A DNA stretch of 61,875 nucleotides, counting the filler, from Jimgerdemannia flammicorona (lineage: Eukaryota), in the NCBI GenBank assembly GCA_003990765.1. It is 3 parts of 3 records of this genome, joined end to end, with 100 filler letters (N's around TTAATTAATTAA, not from the genome) between each part and the next. Parts side by side here need not be neighbours in the genome. Positions count along the whole stretch, not along the records: positions 20,665 to 41,220 come from RBNJ01001652.1; positions 41,321 to 61,875 come from RBNJ01001653.1; 1 more part is not named here. The stretch is one strand, 5' to 3'. The notes below the pieces were generated by a model. That model searched no databases. It had not been told where the DNA came from and saw only the letters and a list, made by a program, of their open reading frames with translations. Positions within the stretch are counted from its first letter, which is position 1. Each line of letters starts with the position of its first letter. The translations under genes and the position numbers were made by a program. This document shows, piece by piece, positions 34,584 through 46,890 of the stretch.

Positions 34584-36479
34584 GGGGAGAAGATTCAGAG
34601 GATACTGTTGATGACAAGTTCTGAGATAGCACTGGGAGAAGATAGCTTATCTTGAATTTTGGAAAAAAGATAGCAGGAGTTGAGCTAATTTTGGAGAAGA
34701 TAATGGAGATGTGTGAGAGAGTTATTAGTTCAAGAGAGTGGATTATAGGGTAGCACTTAAGTCTTATGACTCTGCTGTTTAAGAATAAGGAGAGAAGAGA
34801 GGAGTAAAAAAACTAAAGACTGATCATACTTCTAGATATGGATTACAAGTTGGTAAAAAGATACTAGTAGTAAGACTGCAAGGAGTAGCTCAGCAAGTAC
34901 TGGGGGCTTAGCAGCAAGGATTTGTAGAGGGATATCTGGTCAGAGATGGGACTACCTAAGTATATAGCATCATTGAAGAGGCTTGTGTCACTGGGGTAGA
35001 TGGATGATTGGTCTTTCTAGACCAGGAGAAGGCCTATGACAGAGTCCAGCAGGTGTGATTGAAAGGAGTGCTAAAGCATATAAGGGTTCCCCCAGGGGTC
35101 CAGCAGGTCTTGGTCAGTCTGCTAGAAGAGAATCAGGCAGTAATTTTAGTAAATAGCTAAGAGGGATTTCTTTCCCTCTAGGCAGAGGAGTGCTGTAGGA
35201 GAATCTACTATTATCAATCTTATATATGCTATCCCTAGAGCCTCTTTTGGATAGGGTTTGACAAAGAGTGGAGGGGTTAGATATTCTGGGGTTAATTGGA
35301 AGATGGGGGTCTTTACTGATAATATGGTATCAGATTAGAGTTAGCAGAGGATATAGTGATACTAAGAGATACAGTAGAGTAGTATGAGGGGTACTTGAGT
35401 GCTAAGCTCAACTGGCATAAGTATGAAACTTTGATATTGGAAAGAGAGATAGTTGATAGGGACATAATTAGAACAATTATCTCTATAGGAGAGGCTATTC
35501 ATTATCTGAAGATCTACTTCTCAGTATATAGCTCTCTGTTATCTTACAGATAGTGGGAGTATTTGGCAGAGTGGGAGAGTACTCTTTAGGATAGAGTGAT
35601 CATTATATATCTCTAGTAGAGAGGGTGATGGTACTGAATATATACTGATTGTCTAAGCTGTAGTATCTGGAATATTACTTGAACTTTTCAGCATAAGTAG
35701 TCAAGAGATTATTAAAGATGGCCAGGACCTAGATATGGGCAGAGTGAAGAAGTCAGATTGGCTAAGAGATATTTTGATCTTACTAGTAGACCAGAGAGGA
35801 CTGGGTCTAGTGGATTTTTCTAAGTACCTTTATTACTTATGGGTATGATAGCTGAAGTGAGCTAGTAAGTTAAGGAGCAGAGAGTGGATTTCTCTTATAC
35901 AGAGAGTATGGGAGGCCTGGTTCTCCCCCTGTGGTACAACTGGGTATCTACTGTCACTGGTAGCTTTGAAGAAGAGTCAGAGGATGTGCTTTTGAGGATT
36001 CTAGTGAGGGATGATCAATGGGGTTCACCATATTGATCTCTAATAGTGGGATGATGAGGAGAAGGAGGACTGGGGATCTCAGATATAGAGGTGAGACCAC
36101 CTTCTGTTAGATAGAGTACCAGTAGAGGACTTCTGCTTAGAGGATAGCATGGAGTGTCTACAGGAGTATAAGAGGGATCTGTAGCTAGAGATATGGCAGA
36201 GGGTGGAGATTGGAGAGAAGTGAGATTGAAATAATATTTGGTTGTAGAGTAAGCAAGTAGTGAGATGGATTTCTTTCAAGTTTTGAGTAATATGGTAAAG
36301 ACTCCTATAGTATAATATAATGTTGAACTACTGGCCAGGTTACTTGGTGGAAGAAGGTACCTGGGAGTGTGAGGAGTGTTTGAATATTAAGCTAGAGAGG
36401 AGAGTAATACAGATGTCTGAATATTGGCTAGGAGAGTGTGAGGTGATAGAGGACTTCTGAAGTATAATTGAGGAGCATA

Positions 36480-37804
36480 CTATATATCTATTACAAGTTA
36501 CATATATATATCTAGATCATATTTGAATAATTCAGTATGAGCAAATATAAATCTGTTAGAACACCTATAGAGATATCTGTAAGACTAAAGAAGTCCAATA
36601 CTATGTCCAAAGATAATGACATTTTCTATTGAGATCTCTTATATATCTTATGCTTGAGATGAGGCCCAATATATTATATACAGTCAACAAAGTAGTACAG
36701 TACTCATTCTGTTATAATAATTTATATTAGATGGCAATTAAGTATATCTTCAGATATATCAAATATATAGCATACTGTATACTATATTTAAGTAATGATA
36801 ATGGATCAAGTGGGAACATTATAAGATTATCTGATATATATAATACAGACTAGGCTGGAGATCTTGATGATCAGTACTCTATAACTAGATATCTTTTTAA
36901 AATTAGTAAAAACAGAGCTATTTTATAATAAATATATAAATAATCTTCAGTAGTAATGTCATCTATATAAGTGGAGTATCAAGTATTGTTGATAGTAATG
37001 AAGGAAGCTATATAGTTTTAGAAGCTACTAAAGGAATTGAGATACAATCAACAGTACTCTATACTACTTCAATAAGAGAATCAGTCTATGATTGCTATGG
37101 CAAAGAACCATATATATCATACTAGAACAAAGTATATTAATATACAGTATCATTTTATATAAGAATATATGAAAAATAGTACTATATATCTAAAATATAT
37201 CCTAATAGAGTATATAATAACAGATTCATTGACTAAAGCTCTTTCAAAGATAAAGTTTAACTTATGTAAGACTCATGAGTAATTCTGTAACAGGTAACTC
37301 TATGTCAATAGGAACTATATGTCAATAATCAATATTCAAGTATTTCAATAGAGATCACAAAACTTTTCAAACTTCTAAAAGCCTTCCACCATATCTTATA
37401 TATATATTTCTATATTTCTGCATATATTACATATATTTCTATCAATATTGCTTATATTCTTTTATTCTAGATCTATATTACCAGTCTTTTGCTATATTTC
37501 AGATCTATTTTCATACTTATAAGTAGGGAATTTTGATCTTTTCTATTTATCTAGATAGCATCTAGTTGATGATATTTTAGCTAGTCTTTTATTTATATAT
37601 TCTGTATATTCTAGAATATATCTTATTGAGCAGGAATATTGAAATATCTTAGTTATAGCAACTCAACATATAGTGGTGCAGCCTGATCCTAACTATATCA
37701 TTATATAAACATTATCAATATATATAAAAGTACATAAGTTAGCATTAATAAATAATATTCTCTTCTTTTAATTTTCCTCTCTACTCTTCTAGTATTTCAC
37801 AACA
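36480..37804 (+). mobile_element. Ty1/Copia relic, RT C-terminus/RNase H and probable 3' LTR (37637-37804)
   Basis: SLIYLMLEMRPNI, TD*AGDLDDQYS, RTKYINIQYHFI and DSLTKAL are Copia RT/RNase H motifs. A purine tract is followed by TATTG...CAACA (decayed TGTTG...CAACA). Confidence 0.78.
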
Positions 37805-37809
37805 GTATT

Positions 37810-38560
37810 CATGGACTTATCTTTCTGTAAAAATTGGCTATATCTAAATATATTAGAGGCCATGATGGTCTGTCCATAAGGTAAATGTTTTGCTGAGAAG
37901 AAAATATCTCTATACTTACAGAGATCAGATGACAGTAAGGAGTTCCTTATCTTGTATAGTATAGTTTCTTTTATATTTTTTAAGTTTTTAGGATAGATAG
38001 GCAATAGAATATTTATATTGAGTTAGAATAACTATTTGAGATATCAGTGATAACTATATAGAGTTTAGTTAGATTAGGACTAATCAAAATTAGTATATTA
38101 GTCAGTATTCTCTTAAGGATATTTATAGTTATAATAATTTCTTCTATCTATTTTTTGTTAATATTGGCTCTCTTCTTAGCAAGGCTTATAAGTGGGGTAG
38201 TAATTACAAAAAATCCTTAAATAAATCTCTTATAATATTCTACTAGTCTATTGAATCTTTATAGAGACTTAAGGGTCTTTAGGATGAGCTAATTGTGGAT
38301 TGCTTGAGTCTTCTTGAGATTGACAGTAATACTATTTTCTGAGATAATTTATCCTAGATATTCAATTTTCTTCTTAAAGAAGTAGTATTTCTTTTTTTTT
38401 TTTTACTGAGAGCTTATATTTATAGAGTATATTAAAAATTATTCATAGGTGTTGTTGGTAAATAATACTACTTATACTATACACCAGAATATCATCCAGA
38501 TAGACCAGATTGAATACTTTGATATATTTATGAAAAATGTCATTTATGATCTTTTCTTCA
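37810..38560 (-). mobile_element. Ty3/Gypsy RT-RNase H fragment
   Basis: The minus strand gives ctggtctatctggatgatattctg = LVYLDDIL at ~38484-38508, followed by K.IEYLG*IIS. Confidence 0.7.
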
Positions 38561-38564
38561 GTAT

Positions 38565-40030
38565 AATTCAGATTACAAAACTTCTGACAATACTTTCAAT
38601 ATCATTTTTAGAGAAAAGGTGATAATAATATGGTGACTGATGAGCAATTCAAGGAGCATGCAGAATAGGGCAGCTTTAGTACATTTGACTGGCAGTATGT
38701 GGAAAGGAGTTATGGCTTGGAGGGGAGTCTATTGAATACTCTCTCTGATAGATAAGAAGGTAGAAGAGGTGGGTCTAGCAGACAGAGGCCTAGGAGAATA
38801 AGTTTTATAGACAAGATCAAGACAGAGCATCCAGCAACTAGATTGGAGAGTTGGCTGCAGAAGGGCAAGAAGAAGGAGAGGGCTGCAGGGCCTGGTAGAG
38901 GGGCCCATAGTAGTAGTAGTAATAGGGTTGGAGGAGTAGAGGCTGGGGGGAGTGAGACTGCTGATAGAGGAGGAACTGCTAATCTAAAAAAAAATTCAGA
39001 TATGATAGCTGATGGTGGAACTGAGCAGGGAGAGTTCCAAGGCCTGGGGATCTGACTAATAGTATAATGGGCCTAATAGTGACACTATTACTCAAGAAAT
39101 TAGTGTCTGAATTTGTCATCATATTGTGCTTCTGGGGCTTGGCAGTTATGGCCAAAATAGTTCTAAGGCTTCTGACTCAAGAGATGAAAGAAGTGATATC
39201 AGTAAAGTTCTTGAAAAATCTAGAAGAAGTAGAGGTGGGCTTTAAAGAGGAAGAGTTGATATTGAGAGCATTGGAGAAGAGAGTGGTAGTAGGAGGGGTG
39301 GTAATCCCTATAGCTTGGTGCTTATGCTAGGACTTCTAGATAGTATAGCTGATAGTGGCAAACATATCTATAGTGAAGAAGAAGGAGGCCAGGAGACTGA
39401 TTGTTGACATTATCAAGTATAGAGATATAGTAGATATTGGATTCCAGGTTTGGGAAGATACAGAGTTCAGGACTAGAGATGTAGACATTAGAGTAAGGCT
39501 GGTGGACAAGGAGAATACTGGGAAAGGAAGAGATTGGCTGACAGTACTGAAGTGAGGACCAGTAGAGTATAAGGTCTCAAAGATGAAAGGAATGCCAGAG
39601 AAGGAGAAGGACTTGCTGGAGATATTGAAAGACTTGACTGGAGTAGTAGAGAAGATACAGCTGACCTAGAAGGAGTTCAAGACTAAGATAGTGATAGAGA
39701 TGATAAATGGCAAGAGAGTATAACTGGATCAGACAGTCTGAGAGAGGGTACAAGAGAGGTAGTATCAGAAAGATTTATTGGCAAATCTGGGCAAGAGAGT
39801 GGTGGGAGAGAATACTGATGAAAGAGTTGAATCAAGGATTAGTGCTTAGACAGAGAAGAAGAAAGTGGCTCCTACAGTGGCCCTGAGAGAGGGTGGAGGC
39901 TCCAGGTAGAGTACAGTGACTGAGAATAAGGTGATGGTAGAGGAGGCACACATATAGTATAGTGTGCCCACAGGAGGGAGAGGACTCAATGAGCTGTAGG
40001 ATATACTGAAGGAGGACTGAGATGAGTGGC
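38565..40030 (+). mobile_element. Third LINE copy, 5' UTR and part of ORF1 only
   Basis: Colinear with 29411-30900 (LLKKLVSEFVIILCFWGLAV..., FRTRDVDIRVRL). Confidence 0.85.
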
Positions 40031-41220
40031 CCCTTTCTCTGCTACCTTACTGGTCACAAGATTTGATAGGCAACCTTCTGAGTCCCCTTTCCCCTATTAT
40101 TACTCCCTCTACCTCAGATTGGTTTGCTGTGCCTGCATGGGCATAGTAGAAGGAGGGCAATGGTGATGAGTTGCTCCTTTATTAGTGTCAGATCAGTGTC
40201 TTCTCCACTTTTTCATAGTTTCTGGTGTCTTCGGCTATATCTGGAGTATATCTGTTTTGGTGCAGCACCTTCTTCCTTTTGCCATCACCAACAAAGTATT
40301 GTCTCGGTGTGTCTTGGGCTATGTAGGAAGTCGGCTGACCTTAGGCATCAAGTGCTCAGTATAGATTACCTGCAGGTCCTCAGTGCCTGTAGTGGGGCCC
40401 TCTGGCTTTGGTGAGCTTTCTGGTGAGCATGGTTCTGGTGTAGGTGACTGTTTTTTGGGGTGGTGTTGGGATGGGAGGGGAGATGGCCATCACAGATAGA
40501 AGGAAGGGTAATTATGGTGAACCAGTGGAGTGCTAGGCTGGGGGCAGTCATTAGGGCTGGGGTGGACAATATCTCAGTGGGGCCTTTCGATTGGCTAGTG
40601 GGGGGTGGGGTGGTGCAGGGGCCAGTGTCCTGGCTGTACTCAACTGGAACTGGGAGCTGACGCAGCAACATGATCGAGGCCTGCAGGCTTGGGGAGTGGG
40701 GCCTTCCTCATTTGGCAGTACCCAACTGGAACCAGGAGCTGATACAGCAATGTGATTGAGGCCCACAGGCTCAGAGAGTGGAAGTGGGGTCTCTTCAGGC
40801 CCTAGCCCATGTGTAAGTCCTTTGAGGGAGGTGCTATATATAAGTCCTTTACTCACCCACTTTAAATCTACTTTGCTCTCTATTGGTTGGTTGGGGGGTT
40901 TTTTTCTTTGCCTTGGACTTTCTTTTGGGGTTCGGGGAGCTATTCTTTATTCAGTCCTGGTGCTGCTAGATCTGATGCATAGGTGTGCTCTCATGTGTAA
41001 ATGATGATCCAGCCCTAGTGAGCAGACAAGTCTAGTCTATGTTGTGGGGGTCGACATAGCTGGTGTTTGACAGGCATAGCTAGAGCAGTGGGACTGTTGG
41101 ACAATTTAGTAGCCTAGGTTAATGGGGGGATATTGTTTAGTGGGTGGTGGGGGAGGGTTTTGGCCTATATAGTCTAGGTTCCCTTCCAATAAAAATCCGC
41201 AGGACTATGAGTCCATTAAA
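40030..41220. repeat. Unidentified CpG-depleted, GC-rich repeat fragment
   Basis: Very few CpG despite high GC content; strong G/T skew on the plus strand; no recognisable domain. Confidence 0.35.
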
Positions 41221-41320
41221 NNNNNNNNNNNNNNNNNNNNNNNNNNNNNNNNNNNNNNNNNNNNTTAATTAATTAANNNNNNNNNNNNNNNNNNNNNNNN
41301 NNNNNNNNNNNNNNNNNNNN
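41221..41320. other. Assembly spacer (44 N + TTAATTAATTAA + 44 N)
   Basis: Same structure as 20565-20664. Confidence 0.97.
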
Positions 41321-44300
41321 TTTTTCAGACAGATAGTCACTCTAGTAATATCGATCGATTAACAGTAAACATAATAATAATATATGCATGAACTTGCCTC
41401 GATCATTATAGGTTTCTGTCCAGCACACCACTTTCTTTAACTGGCTCCCACGAAGTCACTTTTGTCGACGCTTTTGGCGAGTAGCGTCCGCTTCCAATGC
41501 TTCATACGGCCACTGGTGACATTATCAAACTCTCAGCCTTTTCCAGTGCCGTCCTTCCTAGAGCTACGGTGTGTGTCAGCATCCCCCTGACTCCGACGCC
41601 CACAATAAGTACCTAATGCCACCCAGTCGTAAATACTACGGGTGTTATATGCATAAATTTAGGTATTGACTGCGCCGCTCCGCCTATTATCTGGACGTTG
41701 TCACAGCCGTTTTTGTGTAGCTTTGGGATTCAGTTTTCAGTGGTTGATGATAAGGGTTTCCCTCTTCAACTGCCCCACACCCATTTCTTATTCCCAAACC
41801 CGCCATAGAATATCGCAGAAGACTTCTCTTTTTTTTTTTTTTCTCTCTCTCTCCCGACGGCTCGCGACGAGTTGATGGTAAGGAGTGGCAATTCGCTAAA
41901 ACCGTATGATTTGTATTTCCGTGTTGCTTGTCTTTTTATTTTTTTTGGTTAGTATTTTTGGCCTGAATGAATAAATGAGATACAGCATAGCAACAACAAT
42001 AATAAACAAATAATAATAAATATATAAAAAGGGGGGGGAGGGGGGGGGGAATGCATAAGGTTTAAACAAGTAAAAAAAGCAACGTGATTTGGCACCTAAA
42101 TATGGTGTGGTAGTGAAATATTCCCATTGTTAGAAAAACATATATCTTCAGGCAATTAGACCGGAAACGTGACCACGATGCTTTTGAACAACTGGCTCAT
42201 CAAATTTGTCAATGAAGACTGAGACGACGGAGGGCAGTCTGGTACTTGCAATACGGTCCGATTCTGTCATTGGCCGAAACCCCCTTTTCTCCTTTGATTG
42301 GACCCGTTAGTCGTCATTAAAGTGGGCGCTCTCAATTCCATTATTGTTGAGGTAAATATTGCGTTGATTATTTGTTGCCTTCCGTTATGTGGTCTTCTCA
42401 CATGACGAAATCGATGTTACACACCCAATATCTATGGTTTCATAATGTCGAATGCACGTGCTTCGTCTTGCTCGATGTTACATGCACGCACAGATCTCAC
42501 GCACTTACTAGGTTTGCGGAGAAAAAAATGCTGCCGAAAAAATAAATAAATAAACGATGCTCATCCCAACGGATGCCTCAGAAGAGGGACCTGTAATTTG
42601 ATATTCCCATATATCGTAAAGTGAAACGTGACGCATAGTCGAGTGTGTTTTTGTAAGCCATCATATGCGAACCTACAATGCTATGCTCGTAAAATACATG
42701 TGATTGAACTTTAAAACATTCTTCGGGTTCGAAATGGGCCGATCAGACCATACTTGACGCTGGAGCATTTGATTGCTACCATGGTTCAAAATACACGAAG
42801 TTCGCAGGATTGTCAAGGTTTGCGCATTAACATGTGTATGTGTGTTGAATGAGGTTAGCCCCTTCTTCTCTTTCCCACGGAAGCTAGCACATATAGAGTC
42901 AGGTAACAAACATGTTGATGGGTTAGTACCCATTCAATGCTAAATTAAAGATCTGATGACCTACATATATATAGCACCAGTCCATTAAAAACGTTTTCTG
43001 TTTTCGTTTTTGGGCTTCCTCACACCCCATGTTCCCACGCGACCAAGTCTCGATCCAATCGTGGTCGGCGCCAGTAGTAATCAGCAGAAACAGTCGAGTC
43101 AGATCGATGCCAGCATTCCAATTGTTCAGTTACCTCAGAAGCTCAAACGGGATGCATTTTCTCAAACCAATATGTACCGATTATGCCCTTTTCTGGCCTC
43201 CCACCTCGACAGCGCCGGATTTCTGACTCATAATTCCTCTTTATTTATGCCTTTCAGGCCGCGCCGGTCACCAACCGCGCCTCCGCCGATGAGCCAGAAT
43301 GGTATTTCTTTGGTGCTTGAAGATAAAGATCGACATGAGCTGACATCGATAATATATAAATTGTCAGACAGGGGCCCAGGAGTCTCAGATATTTCAGAGT
43401 CTGTGGGATGTCAAAACTGTCGGTTAGAAGCCATTGTGACGTTGCATGTTCTGGGGCTAAAGTTTTGTCGATCTGTGTGGCCGTGCCGGCTCGAGAACGT
43501 TTGATCGGGCGTTATGTGGTCAGTGTATTTATTTATCTTTTTGATAGTGTCTCGTCTTGCCATATGAGAAGGCATGCCGCCAGACCCACGAAGCCAAGTA
43601 TACTCCTACAATATCTAAAAACAAAAATAAAATCCCAAAGCAACGTGTCAACATATCTATCGGAGAATTATGATTTTCAAGATTATCTCGACGTATGTAC
43701 AATATTGCTAAACCTAAAATTAGCAATATATGTAACACAGCAATACACAGATCGGTGCGTGCTTAGTTACAAGACCGGAACGCAAGAATTTCCGGTGCGG
43801 GGCCGTCCGACTGACGATCTCACCCTTTATGCACATTCCCTTTTACGATGAGCCGTTCTCAACATGCGATCATCAGCGCTGGAAGGCGCGAAGGCACTGT
43901 GGGGAAACGAATGAGATAAAATTATAACAGATTGTACAGGTCGTTTATGCAGTTAAACTCCACCTGTAACGAGTCAGAGATGTGTCCCCGATGACAGAAG
44001 AGAAAGGCAAGCCAATTGAGAATGCATCCCCGAATGAGCGGGGGTGGTAGTGGTGTGACAAATATATATGGCGGTGCGATAGAAACTCGGCGGTCCAAAG
44101 CGTTCGCTCGGCGAAGATGGGCCATGTGACCAATGGACCAATGGCGAGACATAAGATTTTGCGGGTACACGGGATGTCGGAAGTCTGGTATTGGGTAATT
44201 TGCATATGTAAAGTGTACTGTGTGAGTGTATTGGCGTGAGTGTATTGTATTGCGTGGGGATGTGTCTGTGCGCAAGGTTGGACTAGACTTGTAAGGAAAA

Positions 44301-44357
44301 TATCACCATTGAAAATGTATGTCGCGGAGTGACAGCGAGCTGGGAACACAAGAGGGG

Positions 44358-45804
44358 GCGGCAACAGTCACAGACCCAAGTGGCCGGATACACATGACTC
44401 GAGTTGCACCAGCCTAGCCATAAGATGCGATAAATGAAAATGACATATTAATAATAATAATACAAAAACTCAAGGGTGATAGATCTCAAGAATTGGCTCA
44501 ATTGATGTCTGCACATACTGAAGATGTTTAACTGTTCTTGTATTATTGCTATTATCTAAAATCCATCAAAAATAAATTACAAAATCTCATTTATTTTTAA
44601 TTATAAATTTTCAATCTCTCTATTTCTTAATCTCAAACTTATAAACTCTAACTACTTTATAATACTTATATATATATGCTAAATATCTAGTCTAGCAAAT
44701 ATATCTTGAAAACATTATCAGAAAAATATATTAATACAATATTAAGTAATATGAAAAAAAAAAAAAAAAACAATAATACTCATTATTGATTAATTCTGAT
44801 AAACTTTTTCTTTCTTAATATAAAGAATATCTCATCAGAAAGAAATTGTTAAAGAGAGTATAAATTTTAATAAAAATAATAATAATAATAATAAAGAGTT
44901 TATAAATATAGAATTATAATTTCACTTATTGGATATTTTGATTCAGTAATAAATAATAATAAATGTAATAATAAAAAAAAGTAATATAATGATCTTAAGC
45001 TTATTATATTATAATTTTATAGTATTAGTAATTATTACTTAAAGTAAAAAGTAATAAATATTAACAAATTTTTTATTTTATTTTTCTATATTATTAATAT
45101 AGTTTTTTATAATATAACTCTTGATAATTAAAATAAAAATAAGCTCAATTATCTATTATATATTTTTCTTATATTTAGCTCTCTTTATCATCTTCTTAGT
45201 TATAAAATTAAATACTTTAATATATATATAAGTATGTTGAAGTAGAAGAAATTCTAATAAATTAAATTTTAACAAAATATAGATTAGAATTATAAGTATT
45301 TATTTTCCTATACTTCTTAGATTTGATATGTTCTCAATATATACTAGACCGGTAATATTTTAAAGGATAATACATATATATACTGTTTATTCATCTCTCT
45401 TTACTAAAAAAAACTATCTAAATAGTGACTTCAAATATTAGTGATAGGTGGCTAATATTTGTCAAATTTTTCTTATAAAATTTTGAAGGATTTTGAAATG
45501 TTAAAAAGGTGGAGACAGTTATGTTGAGCCATTGAGTGAGATAAAGAGAAGGGGTGTAAGGTTAAGAGTTTCAAGATTTTAAGGTACAGTTTATTGTAAA
45601 CAACTAAGAGTCCTTATATACAATGAGGAGCACAGCACAAGGCAAAGTCTGAGTAAGCAAGGAAATAGAAGAAACGATTGAGAAAGAGGTAAAAAACAGA
45701 TGACAAGGATAGCTTGAAAGTTTCTGCGCCGCGGCTGTTGAACCATATGCCTTGTGAACCTGAGTCACATGTATCCGGCCACTTGGGTCTGTGGCTGTTG
45801 TCGC
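44358..45804. mobile_element. Degenerate TIR-bounded DNA transposon (~1.45 kb)
   Basis: 43-bp terminal inverted repeats at 44358-44400 and 45762-45804 (39/43 identical) enclose an extremely AT-rich interior. No clear TSD. Confidence 0.75.
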
Positions 45805-46890
45805 TCTAGCGAACCCCCAAGAAAGGAATAAAGGTTGTCCGTGAATCTTCTGCTAGTTCCTTCCGTCACTTCCGCGGGTGGGGATTAGAAAATTTCCGGG
45901 TGCAGAGTAACGTGGGCAAAAGCGGTTGGTCGATCCGCTTTGCCCGATTGCAAGTCCCGGGCCGAGGTTGGAGATCGCGCAAGGATATGGAAGGGCGTCA
46001 AATAATGGTAGAAAGTGGTCTGCTATTCAATCACCATGGTCTCCGCCTCTTAGAAGGCCATAAGTCCACAAAATTATTGCTATATATTCCTCGCGTGCGG
46101 TTACCACGCGTCGTTGATATGTTCCGTATCTGTAGAGAGAAAAAGAAACGTTGGGTATATACTTTTGCTCGATTGCAGAAGGTCTACATGGACGGGGGTT
46201 TCTGGAAAGGAACAGGAAATTTCAGATGAGTCAAGCAATGGGCGCGGTGTAAAGAGTGCTGTAACGGTTTTTGATTGAATTCTACAGCTAGCAAGGATTT
46301 GCGTGCAAACGAGCGAATGGCAGATGATCGTCTGGAAAGCGCGCAACCGCCCTGACCTGGGCAGTTACTGCTTTTCCGCTGCAGGGTGTGGGGGTGGTGG
46401 TGTTGCGCAGCGGGCTTTGGCTACACAAGCGGCGAGGCGGCGAGGCTGCGAGGCGGCCATCCAGCACCGAGGTGTGACAAATTGGGGTAGCCGGATAAGG
46501 AAGGTCTGGAGAAAATTAAGTGCTGCGTGATGGTGATACAACCAGAGCAGATATATAGTTACCGAACAACCGTCGATTCCGAACAACCGTCGATTTTGGA
46601 TTGGGAGCAACTCTTCACTGAACCATAACCATATATCCCCCCACTCATGCGAAAATAGCTCACGTTCTTCGTCCGGACCTATTTTTCCTCTTGCCATCGT
46701 GTCCTGTAAACCTTTGTCCCCTACTTCCCGAAGAAGGCGAACCACCACCACCACCACCACCATCCACCTCTTCCCCGCGCCACCTCTTGCATTAGAGCTC
46801 CCGCTTACCCGCGTGGCCCTCCCCTCGCCGTTCACTTTCAGCCCTCAGTATCTCAACATCCAAGGGAATTCACCCATTGGCATAATAACC

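Larger units (their letters stand above)
26467..36480 (+). mobile_element. Older degenerate L1/Tx1-type LINE (26467-29410 and 34584-36480), split by a younger copy
   Basis: Colinear with the 29411-34583 copy through ORF1 and the endonuclease. Resumes at ~34584 with RT (FLDQEKAYDRV at ~35015) and ends with a CxxC-type remnant near 36370-36440. Confidence 0.85.

Noticed and set aside
41321..44350. ORFs such as 43010-43504 and 43408-43851
   Set aside because: Non-ATG starts, no recognisable domains and no consistent exon chain; treated as intergenic.
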